A stretch of 64,000 nucleotides of DNA from Monocercomonoides exilis PA203 (Eukaryota; Protista; Preaxostyla), in assembly GCA_001643675.2 (NCBI GenBank), contig LSRY02000012.1, positions 992,001-1,056,000 of the forward strand, written 5' to 3'. A program made the translations under genes and the position numbers. This document shows, one piece after another, positions 11,884-25,803 of the stretch. Below the pieces are notes generated by a model, which worked only from the letters and a program-made list of their open reading frames with translations, had not been told where the DNA came from and did not search any database. Position 1 is the stretch's first letter; each line of letters starts with the position of its first letter.

Positions 11884-13347
11884 ATGGAACATCCATCGCT
11901 AGGATCAAGTATATCTAATTATAAATTTGTTGCATTCTTTTTTATTTTTTCTTTTGAATTAACATTAGAAAGTTTCAGTTTTAGAAAACATGGTACCGAA
12001 CAAATGAATTTCAAAAAAGAGTTTCCTTCATTAAAAACTTCTGAGAGATCCTTTATTTCCGATATGAACGTTTCATCTTTGATCCCAACTGGATCAAAGA
12101 CAATAGAGTCTTCAATTCCATTTGAAATTCAGTCAAGCGAATCGCATGACTCTTCTAATTTTTGTCAAATAAGCGGAAATTTCTTTGATCGTCCAAAGCA
12201 AAAATTATTGGTTGATTCGTTAAAAGCGGATTGGTTTACAGAAAATGAAAAAATCAGAGCTGTTACTGGAAATTATTCATCCATCAATGATAAAGAAAGA
12301 AACATCAATTCTCCAAGTTATGCGCTTACTCAAGATTTTGAAGCAGAAGTTACTTTTGATTCCAGACAACTTGCTGATTTTTTGAATGGGGAAACGAAAA
12401 GTGAAGCATATCAACTTGCAATAACAGGTGGAAATTCAACCATACATGATGAAGACATTGAAATTGAAGGAAGAAAAAAATCAGGAATAGTTCGATATCA
12501 CATGAATATTTTGCTAAATAGGTGGGGGACAGAGGATAAAAAGTTTGTTCTTGAAATGCAAGATAGTGATTCCATTTCGAATATTGGATTTGAAAATGAT
12601 GCAAAGAAAAAATTAGTCAGAAAGAAAATTAACTTAATTAAGAAACAGATACAAGAAGCCAAAGAATTTGTGAAAGTTTTTGGAGTATGGCCAAAGAAAA
12701 CCTGGATGACGGATGATGCTGAAGTCGAACTGTGGGAAGAAGAGGAAAAGAAATGGAGGGAAGAAGAAGAGAAAGGGAGAAATATCACAATTGAAGAATT
12801 GAGAACTGCAATTCAAGAAGCTGAAGAGAAAGGATCAGAAGCAGAAGAATTGAACAGATTAAGAATGCTCATAAAGAAAGCGAAAGAAAAAGATGAAGAA
12901 GAAATTAAAAAGCAAACTTTATCATCGTTGGAAGTTTTTGATGAAGAAGTCCATAAAAAATTTGGATCTGTGACAACAACAAAGAATGACGAATCAGGTT
13001 TGATCCATTTCTTTGATTTGAAAGCGAAATCGAGAAGTTCTAACAAACTGCATCATCACTCGAAAGAAGGAAGTAAAAATAACACAGAAGATAAAATAGA
13101 TTGCTTGTCAAAAAAGGAAGAAATTAGCGAAAATAAAGAGCAGCTTCAGCCTGATTCAGCAAAGAGTTTATTAACCTCCGAAGAACGCAATGATCATTTT
13201 TGTTCATTTCAAGACTCGATGCATGAGCTGAGAAAACTTGAAGATGGCTATCATTTTATAAATACACAGATATCTGCTTCTAAATTGAATCAGCTTGGTT
13301 TGCCATTTGCTGACTTTATTTCTCTTTCTTTTGGAATTTGGGCTTTA

Positions 13348-13378
<31 letters not shown>

Positions 13379-14090
13379 TATTTATTTGTGTGAAGGCTTT
13401 CCATCGAATGTCAAAGTCTGCAACAATGCTTATTCACATCCTGAAATGAGCTTTTGTAGCAACAGCACTGACGATTATAAGCGAAATCTGAGAAAGAGAA
13501 ACCAGTTGAATGCATATCTTATGGCAAAAGGAGGAAGTTATTCAAAAGCTGCAGAACAAGAACGAAGGAATTGCTTTGCTCAAAAAATAGAAATGGAAAA
13601 TCAGGTTGCAGAAGATTGTGAAGCTCCAACGAAAGTTGTTTTGAATACAGTTGAAAGCAAGATCAAGCCATTGGAATACAACGATATTTTGTTTGACAAA
13701 GAAGAATTTTTCCCACGCTATATTGATGGAATGTGGAATCACAGAACTTTCAAGAGAATAAAGAAAACTGGGCGTGATCCAGAGAAATATGTGAAGGAAA
13801 TGGCATTGTTTGTTGAAGAATTGCTGAAATCAAATGTTCTGATTCAACAACTTTGGACACAATGTGATCAAAAAGAGGTGGAATTAAAAGAGCGTGAAAG
13901 CTACATCATTGAAAGGAAAACAAATTTTGCAGCTGTAAGAAAGGAATTATTTGAAGATTTGTTTTCTCATCGAGATTATGACATGGAGGATTTGTGGTTG
14001 AAAAAGAAGCTGAACTACGAAGTGAAAACTAAAAATAGAAAAGCAGCAAGCGTTGTATTTCGAATCGATTGGAAGAAAGAATTAGGATAG
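11884..14090 (+). CDS. Hypothetical protein, spliced (probable introns near 11908 and about 13298-13395), with Glu/Lys-rich coiled-coil segments
   Basis: Overlapping 521-aa and 250-aa ORFs, joinable across a T-rich GT..AG intron (gtttgcc...gtgtgaag). No family recognised. Confidence 0.65.
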
Positions 14091-14572
14091 TTGTTTGAGT
14101 AGCAGATTGATGAGAAATTGAAAAGTGGATACGATAAAAGAAAATTCAAGTGAAAAAGAAAATATTTTATCGAATTCTGTTGCATATCATGAAAAAGAAA
14201 ATTCATATGCACGTCTTTGTTCTATCTTTTTTAAATATAAAGCTTATTTTTTGTTAACTATAATAATAGTTTTTTTAACATTTGACAACAAATGAGATTT
14301 ATAAAAGTTAAACAAGTGAAATACATAAAACGTTCGTTATTTGAATGATCGTATGAAAGAGGGGAAAAAGAAAGCTTTATTAGATAGATATATCACGACA
14401 TTAATGATATTTGTTTCTCATTTTAAAATGAAAATATTAGGTTGTCATCTTATTTGAATAACTATTTATTCATCATTCCCAACTGAACCAAAAACATTTG
14501 AAAAAAAGAATTGAACAAAAAAAAGATGTTAAAAAATATATAATGGCAAAGTAATGAAATTGAACTTCGGAA

Positions 14573-16583
14573 ATGTCTAGCTCTAACTTCCGAAACAATA
14601 AAGCAGTGCTATCCTCCATTGATAAAACATCCTTTGAAAATCCGGAAGCAGTTAAGGAAGCATTTAGTTTTATTCTTGCGAATACAAAGAAATGCAAATC
14701 AGAATTATTATCATTAAGTTTCTGTGTGATTATATTTTTCTAAATTTTATAATTAATTATTTTTTTGATATTTTAGCTGTCAAAAATCTTGTAATCGATT
14801 GCCTATTCCCAATATATATTGAAGGAATACAATATCATTTTCCAATGCATTTTGTGTTTAATTCAGAATTTCCATTCACTCCTCCTCATGTTAAAATCGT
14901 ACCTACATCAGATATGTATATTCCATCAGCCCATCCAACTGTGAGGACAGATGGAACAGTTGAAGTCAGTGTTTTAAAGAATTGGAAAAGTTCAAATTCT
15001 GTAATGAACGTTTTTGAAGAAATGGCTTCATCATTCTCACAAAAATCTCCTTTGGTATTGAATGCTGACCTATTTCACTTTAACTTAAAATTTTATTTTC
15101 TTTCGATTTTGTTTTTGACAAAACAAATTAGCATTCTCGTTCATCCTTACCTACATCAACATATCCAAAGCAGCAGGCCACAGTCCAACTACCAAAATTT
15201 TTCCCAGATAAAATGGAATCAGATTTTATTTTGATAAATAAAGAAGACAGTGCAACTTCGAGCGCATCATCTGTTGAAGTTCAATCAATTCAAAGTACAA
15301 TCCCTAGCACAAGTCTAAATCCTCTTCCAGACGCATATCAGAAAATACAGACTGTTTATGATTCATCTTATTTGAAAACAGCATCTTCTTATCCAGCTTC
15401 TCCTTTATTAACTCGACCTTTTGGTACATTTCCCGTTCTTCCTGAACCAATTCCTTCTTCGTTAACTTCGCAGTCTTCTTATTCAAGTGCATCAGCAACA
15501 CCTCAGCTCCCAAAAAGAAATGGAGAAAATGAAGAAAAGACATCCGAACAGATAGGTTTATTATTTTTCCCAGTTTTTTATTTTCTGACAAATATTTAAT
15601 TTATGTTTTTCTTATTTGTTTGTTAGATGAAGAGAAAAGGCAATTGTCATTGATGTTGGGAGAATTAACAAATGAAGTCATGGTCGAAATATACCAAGAG
15701 AAGAATCGAGAAAGAGGAGAATTGCTAAAGTTTGACTTATCATTGCGTTTTTTTTGAAACCCTCATAACAATTTTTTTATCTCTCTTTAAATGTGTTTTT
15801 CTGATAATAACTACAAAAAATATTCAAACCGGAATTTTGTCAAAAAGAATGAAGCCCGTTTTGCAGGAACAGCTTCCTCTTCTTCAAAAAATACAGGACA
15901 ACTTGCTGGAAGATGAGGTTTTCAGATTTCTTCATTTTGCCAACTTTTAATGCATTTGTCATGTATTATTCATAAATAAAACAATATTTTGTTTTCCATA
16001 AAATTGAAAATCATATTTTCAATCACAAAGATAAAATTGACTTCAGCCCTATCTTTCATCCAAGACCGCAACATTCAAATAATGGCCTGGCTAAGCGAGC
16101 ATCCTGAAAAGCCTGTGATAACCGATGTGATAGAGGCAGCTGCTCCGGCTGATCCTGTTGAATTCAAGAAAATGCAACTGCGTGCTGAGCTGGATGCATT
16201 TGACAGCATAACTAAGAAGTTCAGCCGGATGCAGATGTCAGATGAAGAGTATCCACAGCGAATGATGGTGTGAAAAAGGAATTTTTTATATTTCTGGCAA
16301 TCAGAATGTCTTCTGTTGGAGTGAGTAATTCATGGAAAAATTCACATTGCTGCTTCAATTTTTTCTTTTTCTTTTTCTTTTTCTTTTTTGAAAACATAAT
16401 TTCAAATTTTGTTTATTAATGTTCAATTTCAATCACATTTTTTCTTTGCATTTCTAATTATCATTTATCATTTTCATTTCATTTTTCCCCTGCTTCTATT
16501 TATTAAAGGTGCTTCGAAAAATGGCAAAACAGCACATACAGAATCTGAAGGATTTCTACGCACTATCCCCATCAAGCACGTGA
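14573..16583 (+). CDS. TSG101: ESCRT-I subunit TSG101/Vps23 (UEV domain, Pro/Ser-rich linker, coiled coil, core box), multi-exon
   Basis: UEV motif FPIYIEGIQYHFPMHFVFNSEFPFTPPHVKIVPTSDMYIPSAHPTVRTDG...LKNW...FSQKSPL. C-terminal AELDAFD...VLRKMAKQH resembles the Vps23 core. ATG at 14573, TGA at 16581-16583. Confidence 0.8.
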
Positions 16584-16877
16584 TATCAATAGTTTTGATT
16601 CTATTCATTATCTTTTATATTTTGTTTTTCTTTTGAGGAAGCTTGCAGATTTATTTGTTTTTTTTTATTCTGTTTATGTTCAATTGTTTTATGTATTTTG
16701 TGTTCTTTTCGAATTTTAGTGATAGCTTTTTATTTCTTTTTATTTCTTTTTATTTTATTTTTTTCTTTTTTTAAAAAGAAATTATTTCTAAGAAGAAATT
16801 TCATTTTCTTCTGACATGACTTTACAAGAGAAGTGATGCATTTTAATTTTAAAATGAAAAATGAAAAAAATAAAAGC

Positions 16878-19800
16878 TCAATGAGGTGAATAAGATTCTG
16901 TAAAAGGAAAAGAAGTGCCTGTGAATGAGGTGGGTAAAAGATTGCTCTGTGCAGCATTAACTGCAGAAATGGGCAGAACTGGCTGGTGCATAAGCGAATT
17001 GACTGGCTGCACTGATTGAGGAGGAGGAGAAGGAGAAGGAGGATACAAAAAAGGTGAAGAGGAAGAGGAAGATGATGATGAGAATGAGGATGAAGATGAA
17101 GGCACAGAAGGAGAAGAGATAACCTGTGGCGGAAACGTTGCGACGCTTGGTGTAAACGCTGGCTGTGGTGGAAAGACAGCAGGAGAAGGAAGAGAAGAAG
17201 AAGAAGACTGCTGTGCGAAAGCTGGCTGGGAAGAGAAAGTGAGTGGTGATGGTATCACTGAACCAGAGTTCATTGGTGGAGGAGCAGTCATAGACGAAAC
17301 AGGAGCAGATGATGTGTAATTGGGGAAAGAGGTCAAAGAAGGAGCAAAGGAAGAGCTACTGCTGGGTGGAAGTGCTGCTGGAGAAGGCGGAAAAGGAGCA
17401 GAGATCATTTTGCTGATCTGCTCCTCGTCGACTTCCTCAGCCCGTCTGCGCTCTTCTTCCACAAACGGCTTCAGGAACTTCAGGACAATCAGCTTGGCCT
17501 GTTCTTTGACTCTGCTGTTCTTCGACTTGCACAGCTTCAGGATGAGCTCTATTCCATCTGCCGTGTCGATCTCATAAAGCACCCGGTTGTAGTTGTACGT
17601 CTGCAGGATGTCTCTTTCATCGTCGCTGAGCATCGCTGTCTGCTGCTCCAGCGTCGCCTTCAGCATCTCGTCCATGCGGATCTGCTGTTCTGGCTGCATC
17701 TCCTGCTTCTGCTGCGACTCATCCATCGAGTCCATCTTCTCTGCCAGCGCATCACTCGCTTCCTGCAGCGAGCTCTTCAGCACAGGCGCTTCACCAAAAG
17801 TGGACTTTGCAAGCAAAATCGTGCCGTCTTCCATGCATTGTGCTTCTTTCTTCCCAAAGACAAGAAGGATATACAGCGTCAAAAGAATCTCCGCCTGGAA
17901 ATTCGATGAAGGTGAGTTCAAGTTCGAGACTAGGGCAGTCACAAAGCCCGCCCGCACAACCATATCTGCGTTCTCCCAGCTGAGGTAGAACGTGTTTCGG
18001 ATGCAGACAAGCGCAGACAGCCTCGCTTCGATTGCGATGTTCGGGAGGAAAAACGCACGGATCGCCACTTCCAGCCCGTTGCTCTCCACAAAATGGGCTG
18101 AAAACTCGTTTTTTTGGCCAGACGTGATGTTCGAAAGGGCAAACAGCGCCTCTTTCTGTTGGATTGGGTTGTGCGCGTCGTCGCTGATGTTCACCAACAA
18201 GGGGATGATCCCTGCTTGGTCTAATTTCTGGGGTGGGGTAAGGGGGAGGGATGTTGAAAAGAAAAAAATTCAAAAAAAAAATATTTTTTTTCATAGTGGA
18301 ATTTGATAAATAGAATAGACATAAAAATGGAAAAGGGAAAAGGGAAAAGAGAAAAGAATAAGATAAGGGATGATAAACAAATAAAATATTAAACGAGAAT
18401 ATCAAAGCAAATTCATAATTAATCGTGAAAATTTCAAAGAGGCCAAATTAAAAAAAAAAAAAAGATTCAAACATTCACTCCAAACCTCCACGTAATTATC
18501 TTCCAGATAAGCAATCCCGCAAATGGCTTTGACCCAAAAATACTTCAGCATTCGATCGGGCGACTGCAGATCATTCGCAATCATAGGCGCATAGTTTTGG
18601 TCAATTAAAAGCTAATATATATTTCAATAAAATTGAATCCATTTTTTTTCCCCCAATAAACAAAAATAATAGACCAAATTAAAAATGTGTTTTCGTAAAA
18701 GAAACGAGAAATTCGAAAATAATAATAAAATTGCAACAAATATATAGAAGCTTTAACTTTCTTTTTTTCAATCATTCAACCTACCTTAGCTAAACGCGTT
18801 GATTTCTCAGCAACTATTCCGATTGATGAAATAATTGCAATTCTTACAGAAAGTTTTGTAGACAGAATGGGAAGCAGCATGATTAATGCATCGATCGCAT
18901 CTTCCTGAATATCTGCCATCTTCAGCATAAGACCAACAAAATATGTTGACTGAATTAAAACACCACATGAAGTCTTTGTATCGATACTGTCATAATCCTT
19001 GCTCATTGCTTCTCTTTCTCCTTCTTCCACCATTTGCTCCCAAATCCCAGGTAATTTAACTATAGAAGATATTACAGAGAAAATTTTTGTATCAACTCCA
19101 CTTTTTTTTATAACGCTAATCGCTTGTCTTTTTTCTTCTGCAACATTTGAAAGAGCCCAAATTGCATGTATTTGTAGTTCAATGTTTGGGGAAGTGACAA
19201 GTCTAACAAGATGAGGAAACGCTGATGAGTATAACAGATTCATTGCATTTTGTCCCTCAACAACAGCAGCTATGAAAAATTCATAATTAATTTTTAGAAA
19301 AATATTGAATTACAAACTCAGATGTACAAGGCACATAGCCGCAAGAACCTGCAAAAAAATTTATAAAAAACATTGCGATAAAAGGAAATAAATATTGTCA
19401 CACTTGAATTTGTGGAAGATCATCGCGCGCCAAAAAGTTTCCACATAGTGTGTAAAAATCAAATTTACAAACATATTCTGCAATATGAGGATCAAATAAT
19501 CGTAATGTGTCATTTAATGAATTTAATGCTTGAATAATAGATTCTGTTGAAGGTGATTTAAGCTGCTCCATAATGCTTGGAATTTGTTTTTCCTTTTTAG
19601 ATAGAGAAATAATGCAGAAAAAAATGAATCAAAATTTCGAAATAAAAAGCCATAAGCAAACATATTGCATAATAGTTTTATGCTTTCTAAGATTTGCAAC
19701 TCTCGCTCTTTGCAATTCTAGTTGTGATTTTCTTCCACGAAATCGTTTAGTCGATAAATCATCTTCAAAATCTCCTCTCCTCGCTCCATCTTCATCCTCA

Positions 19801-19880
19801 CTATTAAAAGTTCGAAATCTATTTGTTGACCGATCTTGTACAGACCACGGGAAGGGGGAAGCCTCGCTTCCTCCACTCAT
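16878..19880 (-). CDS. Importin-alpha-like armadillo-repeat protein with Pro/Ser-rich tail, multi-exon
   Basis: Basic IBB-like N-terminus (KRFRGRKSQLELQRARVANLRKHK). ARM motifs FPHLVRLVTSPNIELQIHAIWALSNVA and QQKEALFALSNITSG. GT-AG introns. Confidence 0.75.
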
Positions 19881-19964
19881 ATATTTGAGAAATTTAAGTT
19901 AAGGGAATTTTTCAAAAAATAAAATGGCAATAGTGATCTGTGAATTGTTTGAAAGATATTCATA

Positions 19965-21692
19965 ATGAGCCTTAAAGACTGTATGGTGGTTTTTATCATA
20001 TCGCTTAATACTTTTATTTAATTTCTTGCATTTCATTTGATAAAAATTGAACTTCTAACCTGTTTATGTTTAAATTTTCACAGATCAAGTCTTGAAACAA
20101 ATCGGCAAGGGCTCATTTGGAAAAGTGTATTTAGTGTTTCATCGAACTAGAAAGAGGCATTATGTTCTAAAGGCGATACCTCTTACCGATCCAAAAGAAA
20201 CAGCAGTTGCTCAAAAAGAAGTGCGAATGCTTGCAATGTTCAATAATCCTTTTATTGTTCGTTACGGTGAAAGCTTCATTGATCAAAGGCAATTTTGCAT
20301 TGTGATGGAATACTGTGATGATGGTGATTTAAATGGATACATCCAACTTTGCAAGAAAAGAAAACAACTTATTCCTGTTGAGGTTATCAATTTTTCGTTT
20401 AAATTTGTAACATATATTCTTTATAAAAATAGCAAGTCTTAGACTGGTTTACTCAAATGACAATTGGCCTCGATTTTATTCACAGTAAAAAAGTGTTGCA
20501 TCGAGATATCAAAGCACAAAATATCTTTCTAACAAAGCAAGGCTTTATAAAACTTGGTGATTTTGGGATATCCAGAACTTTGTCAGGAACAATGGATCTT
20601 GCTCACACACTCGTTGGAACACCTTATTACATGTCTCCTGAATTGAGTCAAAACAAACCGTATACACTTTCTTCAAATTCAATTTATAATTTTTCAACTA
20701 TTTTTTTAAACATTAATTATGTTACAGCTACGGTTATAAATCCGATGTTTGGGCATTAGGGTGCTTATTGTATGAGATGTGCACATTGAACCATCCATTT
20801 GAAGCACGCAACTATCAAGAGCTTGTTGTGAAGATTTCTCAAGGCAGATTCCAACCAATTCCTTCAAGTTACGGACGCAATTTGCAAGATTTGATAACAA
20901 AAATGCTGCGTCAGGTTTGCAAATAAAAAACAATCAACATTGCACATTTCAATAAAAAAATATATCCGTTTTTTATTTGATCACACATACATTTATGTTA
21001 TATTTGATTATATAAACAACCATTATATATTTTTTTTCTCTTTCTCATAATTCCCATCTTTCCAGAGTCCGCACAGCCGTCCATCCACCCAAGAGATACT
21101 CGATCTCCCCTTCATCAGAGAGCGTATGACGTCTCTGCTCGAAGAGAGCATCAACCGCTCAGCCCCGCCAAACCCGCCGCCTCTTCTCTCACTGCTTTCA
21201 AAGAAGCCATTGACGGAGGCACCGCTGCAGTCGCAATTACAGAGAGACACAGAAAGAGGAGAAGAAGAAAGAGAAAGAGAGAGAAAGAGGATCAGAGACG
21301 AAGAGAGGAGAAAGGAGATTGAGGCGCTGAAGCTGCCGGCAATGCGGGAGATGCTGCCACGCCCTGCGTCTTCATACGCCTCTGCTGGTGCTTCTTCTTC
21401 TTCTTCTTCTCGTCAATCAACTACAAGACAACCACCTCAGCCTCATCTTCAGCCACAGTCCTCTCAACAACATCAGATTCCACAGCTTTCTCTTCATTCA
21501 CAGTCCAATCAGCAGGCAAATCACCAAGCGCCATACAGACAGCGCTCACCTTCACCGAATCCAGCTCCTCCGTCTTCTTCCTCTTCTTCCTCTTCTCCTT
21601 CACATCCTTCTTATGTTCCTTCCTCACCTCGTGCTTCCTCCCCCAGGCTGATGAAAGGGCGTGTCTCTTCTGCTTCAAGAATTCCTCCACCT

Positions 21693-21725
<33 letters not shown>

Positions 21726-23591
21726 CATCACAACATACCCGATCTTTCCTCCATCCCTGCCCAGATATCTGCCCTTCCTTCTCAACACCACGAGCCCCCA
21801 GCTTCCCCTCGCTGCTCTTCTCCTCGTCTGAATGTTTTATCTCGACATTCATCTTCCTCTTCCTCTTCTTCTTCTTCTTCACATTACAATTCTCCACCTC
21901 ACTCTCCACCCTCCAGCCACACTCCAAAGCTTCCCTCTCCTCCTTCTCCACTTCCACACATCTCTGAACCTTCTTCCTCCTCTTCTTCTTCTTCCTCCTC
22001 TTCTTCTTCAGTCATCTCCTCTCAGAAGGAGTCACTTGTCCAGAGGCGGCTGCAGTTGGAAAAGGAAGCAGAAAACTGTGCTGAGCGTATTGCTGCCATG
22101 CAGAAGAACTTGGAAAGAGTCGAAGACAGCATCAAGGGAAGCTACGGGGCAGTGCCTGCGCTGCTGATAGGGAGAAAGATGGCGTTGAATGATGAAGAGA
22201 GAGAAAGAGAAGATAGAGAAGAAGAAGAAGGAGAAGATGATGGAAAGATAATGAAGAGGGAGATTATTGAGAAGAGGCCGCTGAGCGCGAGGGGATCGAA
22301 TGAGAGAGAAAAAGGGAGGTTGGAAGCTGGAAGGCAGTCTGTGCATTTCCGCCTTCCTATTTCTGGTTCTGGTTCTTCTTCTTCTTCTTCTTCAGAAGAG
22401 AAACGGCAGCCACAGCAACTTCATTCAAACGCCTTTCACACTGCACATGGCAATATCCCATCCTCCTCCTCCTCATCTTCTTCTTCCTCCTCCTCCTCCT
22501 CCTCTTCCTCTTCCTCTTCCTCCACATCAAACCCCTCTTCCACATCGACCACTTCGTCAGCCCCTTCTCCTTCTGTCTCTCCCATCAGCGCCTCCCCCAT
22601 CACCCACCACAGATCTTCCAAGTCAACAATGTTTGATCTTCCTCCAATTCCTTCGTTCAAATCGAGATTTCACAGCGAGAAAGAAGATGGACAGCATGAG
22701 ATGATTAGAAATGGTTTGTGGCTTATCTTTTTCTTTCTTATTTATTTTTCTTCTTTTCTTCTTTTCTTTTTCTTTTTCTTTAATTTTTCTTTTCTTTTCT
22801 TTTATTCAATGTTCGATTTTTTTTTTTTTTTGATTGATTTTCTTTCTTTCTTTCTTCTTTTTCCATTTTTCCCCTCCTCCTTCTTTGTTTTCATCCTTCT
22901 CTTCTCTTTTATCTTCAGTCCCTCGTTCAGCCACACCTGAGCCCATTCCCATTTCTGCTCGTGCTCCAAGCCTCTCCCACCCTCCCCTCACACGTCGTGG
23001 TTCTATTTCATCTTCCTCTCATTCTTCCTCTTCCTCTTCTTCTTCTTCTACTACTACTACTACTACTACTTCTTCTTCTTCTTCAATTGCTCCTTTCAAA
23101 TCTTCCTCTTCTTCCTCTTCTTCCTCTTCTCATTCAACCCCATCCTCTTCTCCTCCACCTCTGTCTGCCATTCCACCTCCCTCAGAGCTCAAACAACTGG
23201 GCAGACCAGCTTCTGTCGCAGCTGTTTCCCATCCTTCGTCTCATCAGCAGGTTTCTCGCTCAAATGCTTCTTCTTCTTCCTCTTCCTCCTCTTCTCCTTC
23301 TCCTTCTCCTTCCTCTTCTCCTTCCTCTTCTCCTTCTACCACATCTGCTTCTTCATCTAATAACAACAGTAATAGTAACAATGCAAGCAATGTTAGCAAT
23401 ACAAACTCCAATGCTAATTCCAACTCCAATTCTTCTTCTTCTTCCTCCTCTTCCTCCTCTTCCTCTTCTCAATTATCACTCGAAGAACGAAAGAAACGCA
23501 ATCTCCTGTTGTTCCAGCGCAACTGTGCAGGAATGAGGGATGTAGCATTGGATCTGCGGAATCCAAGGGCGAAACCATTTCAGCTGGGGAG

Positions 23592-23628
<37 letters not shown>

Positions 23629-23874
23629 GAAAGAGAAAGAGAAAGGCAAAGGGAGATTGAGATGCTGAGGCAGTGGGGGGAGAAGCTGAATGGGGCAGTG
23701 AAGAAATCGACAGCAGCAGCGTCAGAAAAATCGAAGAGAGGAGAAGAAAACAAGAAAGTGGAAGGGAAGAGCGAGAAAGAAGGAGGAGCAGGGAAAGAGG
23801 AAGAAGTTGGGAAACGTAACCAGCAGAAGCATACAACTAAGCAAACAACCTCATCATCATCTTCTTCCTCTTCT

Positions 23875-23906
<32 letters not shown>

Positions 23907-24678
23907 TTCTTCTTCAAAACCTTCTGCTCTCCCCTCGCTCAATCTATGCACCGACCACACACACCAGAAGCTGCTGTCAGAGACGAAAAGATTGGAGTTA
24001 GTGAAAAAGGAGATAGAAGAGCTGACGATGAAAGAAGAAGCAGTCGAAAAAGAAGAGGAAGAGCAGAAAAGATACGAAGATGCGCTGTCGCTGTATCTGC
24101 AGCTGCTGAAGACGCCGGCAAAGAAGCCAGTGGGAGAGAAAGATCAATCAACAGGTGCATCTGTAGCTAATGGAGGAGCTGGTTCTGCTTCTGGAAGTGG
24201 AAGTGGAAGTGGAAGTGGCTCGGGATCTGCTCATGGGAATGAACTGAGTGATTCATTTGTGGTGAAGCATAGAGGATCTTCTTCTTCTTCTTCTTCTTCT
24301 TCTTCTTCTTCTTCTTCTTCTTCACATCACGTTGCATCTCATCTTCAGACGTCCTCCGAACAGGAAATGCATAACGATGAAAAAGAAAGAGAACCAGGAA
24401 GAGATAGAGACAGAGACAGAGAAAGAGAAAGAGAAAGAGAAAGAACAAAAGAGAAAGAAGCCGAGCGTCTAAGAGAACAACTGGAGTCACAGATGGGACA
24501 GCGGTGTTTTGATGCCGTGTATGAATATCTGCAGTCAAGTGATGATGCGATCACAGCAGCAGATGAAGAGCTTTTATCTGACTTGGAGATTAAGCAGATG
24601 ATGGGCAGCAAAAACCCTTCTCTTGCGCTGAAGGTGAGGACGCTGATACAAATAGAGGATGAGCTGGTGAGCATTTGA
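19965..24678 (+). CDS. NEK (NIMA-related) Ser/Thr kinase with long low-complexity C-terminus
   Basis: IGKGSFGKVY, HRDIKAQNIFL, KLGDFGISR, LVGTPYYMSPE, YGYKSDVWALG. Introns at 19981-20083, 20383-20432, 20660-20727, 20915-21065 and 22714-22918. NEK-type C-terminal helix ERLREQLESQMG..FDAVYEYL. Confidence 0.92.
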
Positions 24679-25136
24679 AAGTGGATTGTTAATCTGTTGT
24701 TTGTTTTCTATCTATCTATCTATCTTTTTATTTTTTTTGACTTTTTATGTTTTTCTTCTTTAAAGGTTTTGTACATTCAATAATTCATTCTCTTTTATTC
24801 AAATGTTATTAAAAATGGTGTGTGCTTATTTTTTGGATCTTTTTCAGTTTTATGTTTGTTTTGTTTTGTTTTTTAAATACAACTTGTGTTTATTTGTTAT
24901 CTTAAAATAGATTTCTTTTCTCTTTTTTGCCTATTTCTTGTTCTTTTTCTAATCTGCTATTTTATCTTTTATTCATTTTTTCATCAATTTTTTTTTTTTT
25001 TACTTTCTTTTCTTTTTCTTAATCTGTTTAAAATACATTCAGGAATTTCATTCCTTTAAGCTTTATTTTCAATTCTTCTATTTCTTCTTCTTTTTCTTCT
25101 TTCTTTCTTTCTTCTTTTAGTTTCTCTTTCTTTCTC

Positions 25137-25169
<33 letters not shown>

Positions 25170-25803
25170 TTCTCTCACTCACTCACTCTAAATGCTTTTT
25201 AAATGAAATATTATCTCAAACCACCTCATATCTTTACTCCCTCAACACCTTCCTTTTATCACTTCACCAGCATGTTAACATGTTGCAGCTGCACATCAAT
25301 TTCCTGGTTATTTATTTATTTATTTCTAATTTCTATCTTCTTTCTATCTATCTTCTTTCTTTCTTTCTTTCTTTCTTTCGATTTTTCCACTTCTCCTAAA
25401 GAAGCATGAAATGTGTGATGAATGATTTTAAAAAAGAATAAATAAAACCAGCACGCTTTGGGCAACATAAATAAGAAATGTGAAGTGCTAATGAAAAAAA
25501 AAAGTGTAAAAGGAAAAGTTTGAAAAAAAATGAAAAAAATGTGAAAATAGAGAAAAGAACATAAAATAAATTAAAAACGAAATAATAACAATAAAAATAA
25601 AGGAGAAAGAAATAAAGCGACGTGGCATGAGAAGCATAAACAGTATATTCTTTACAAGCATCAAAAACATTCTTCAAAACACATTTGAATGGAGAACAAG
25701 AAAAGCTAAGGCTTCTCCTTTTTTGATTAACAAAGTTGTTTGATAAAAAACAGATGGAATAACATTTTCATTTCAAAAAAAGAAAATAACACCAACACCC
25801 AAC

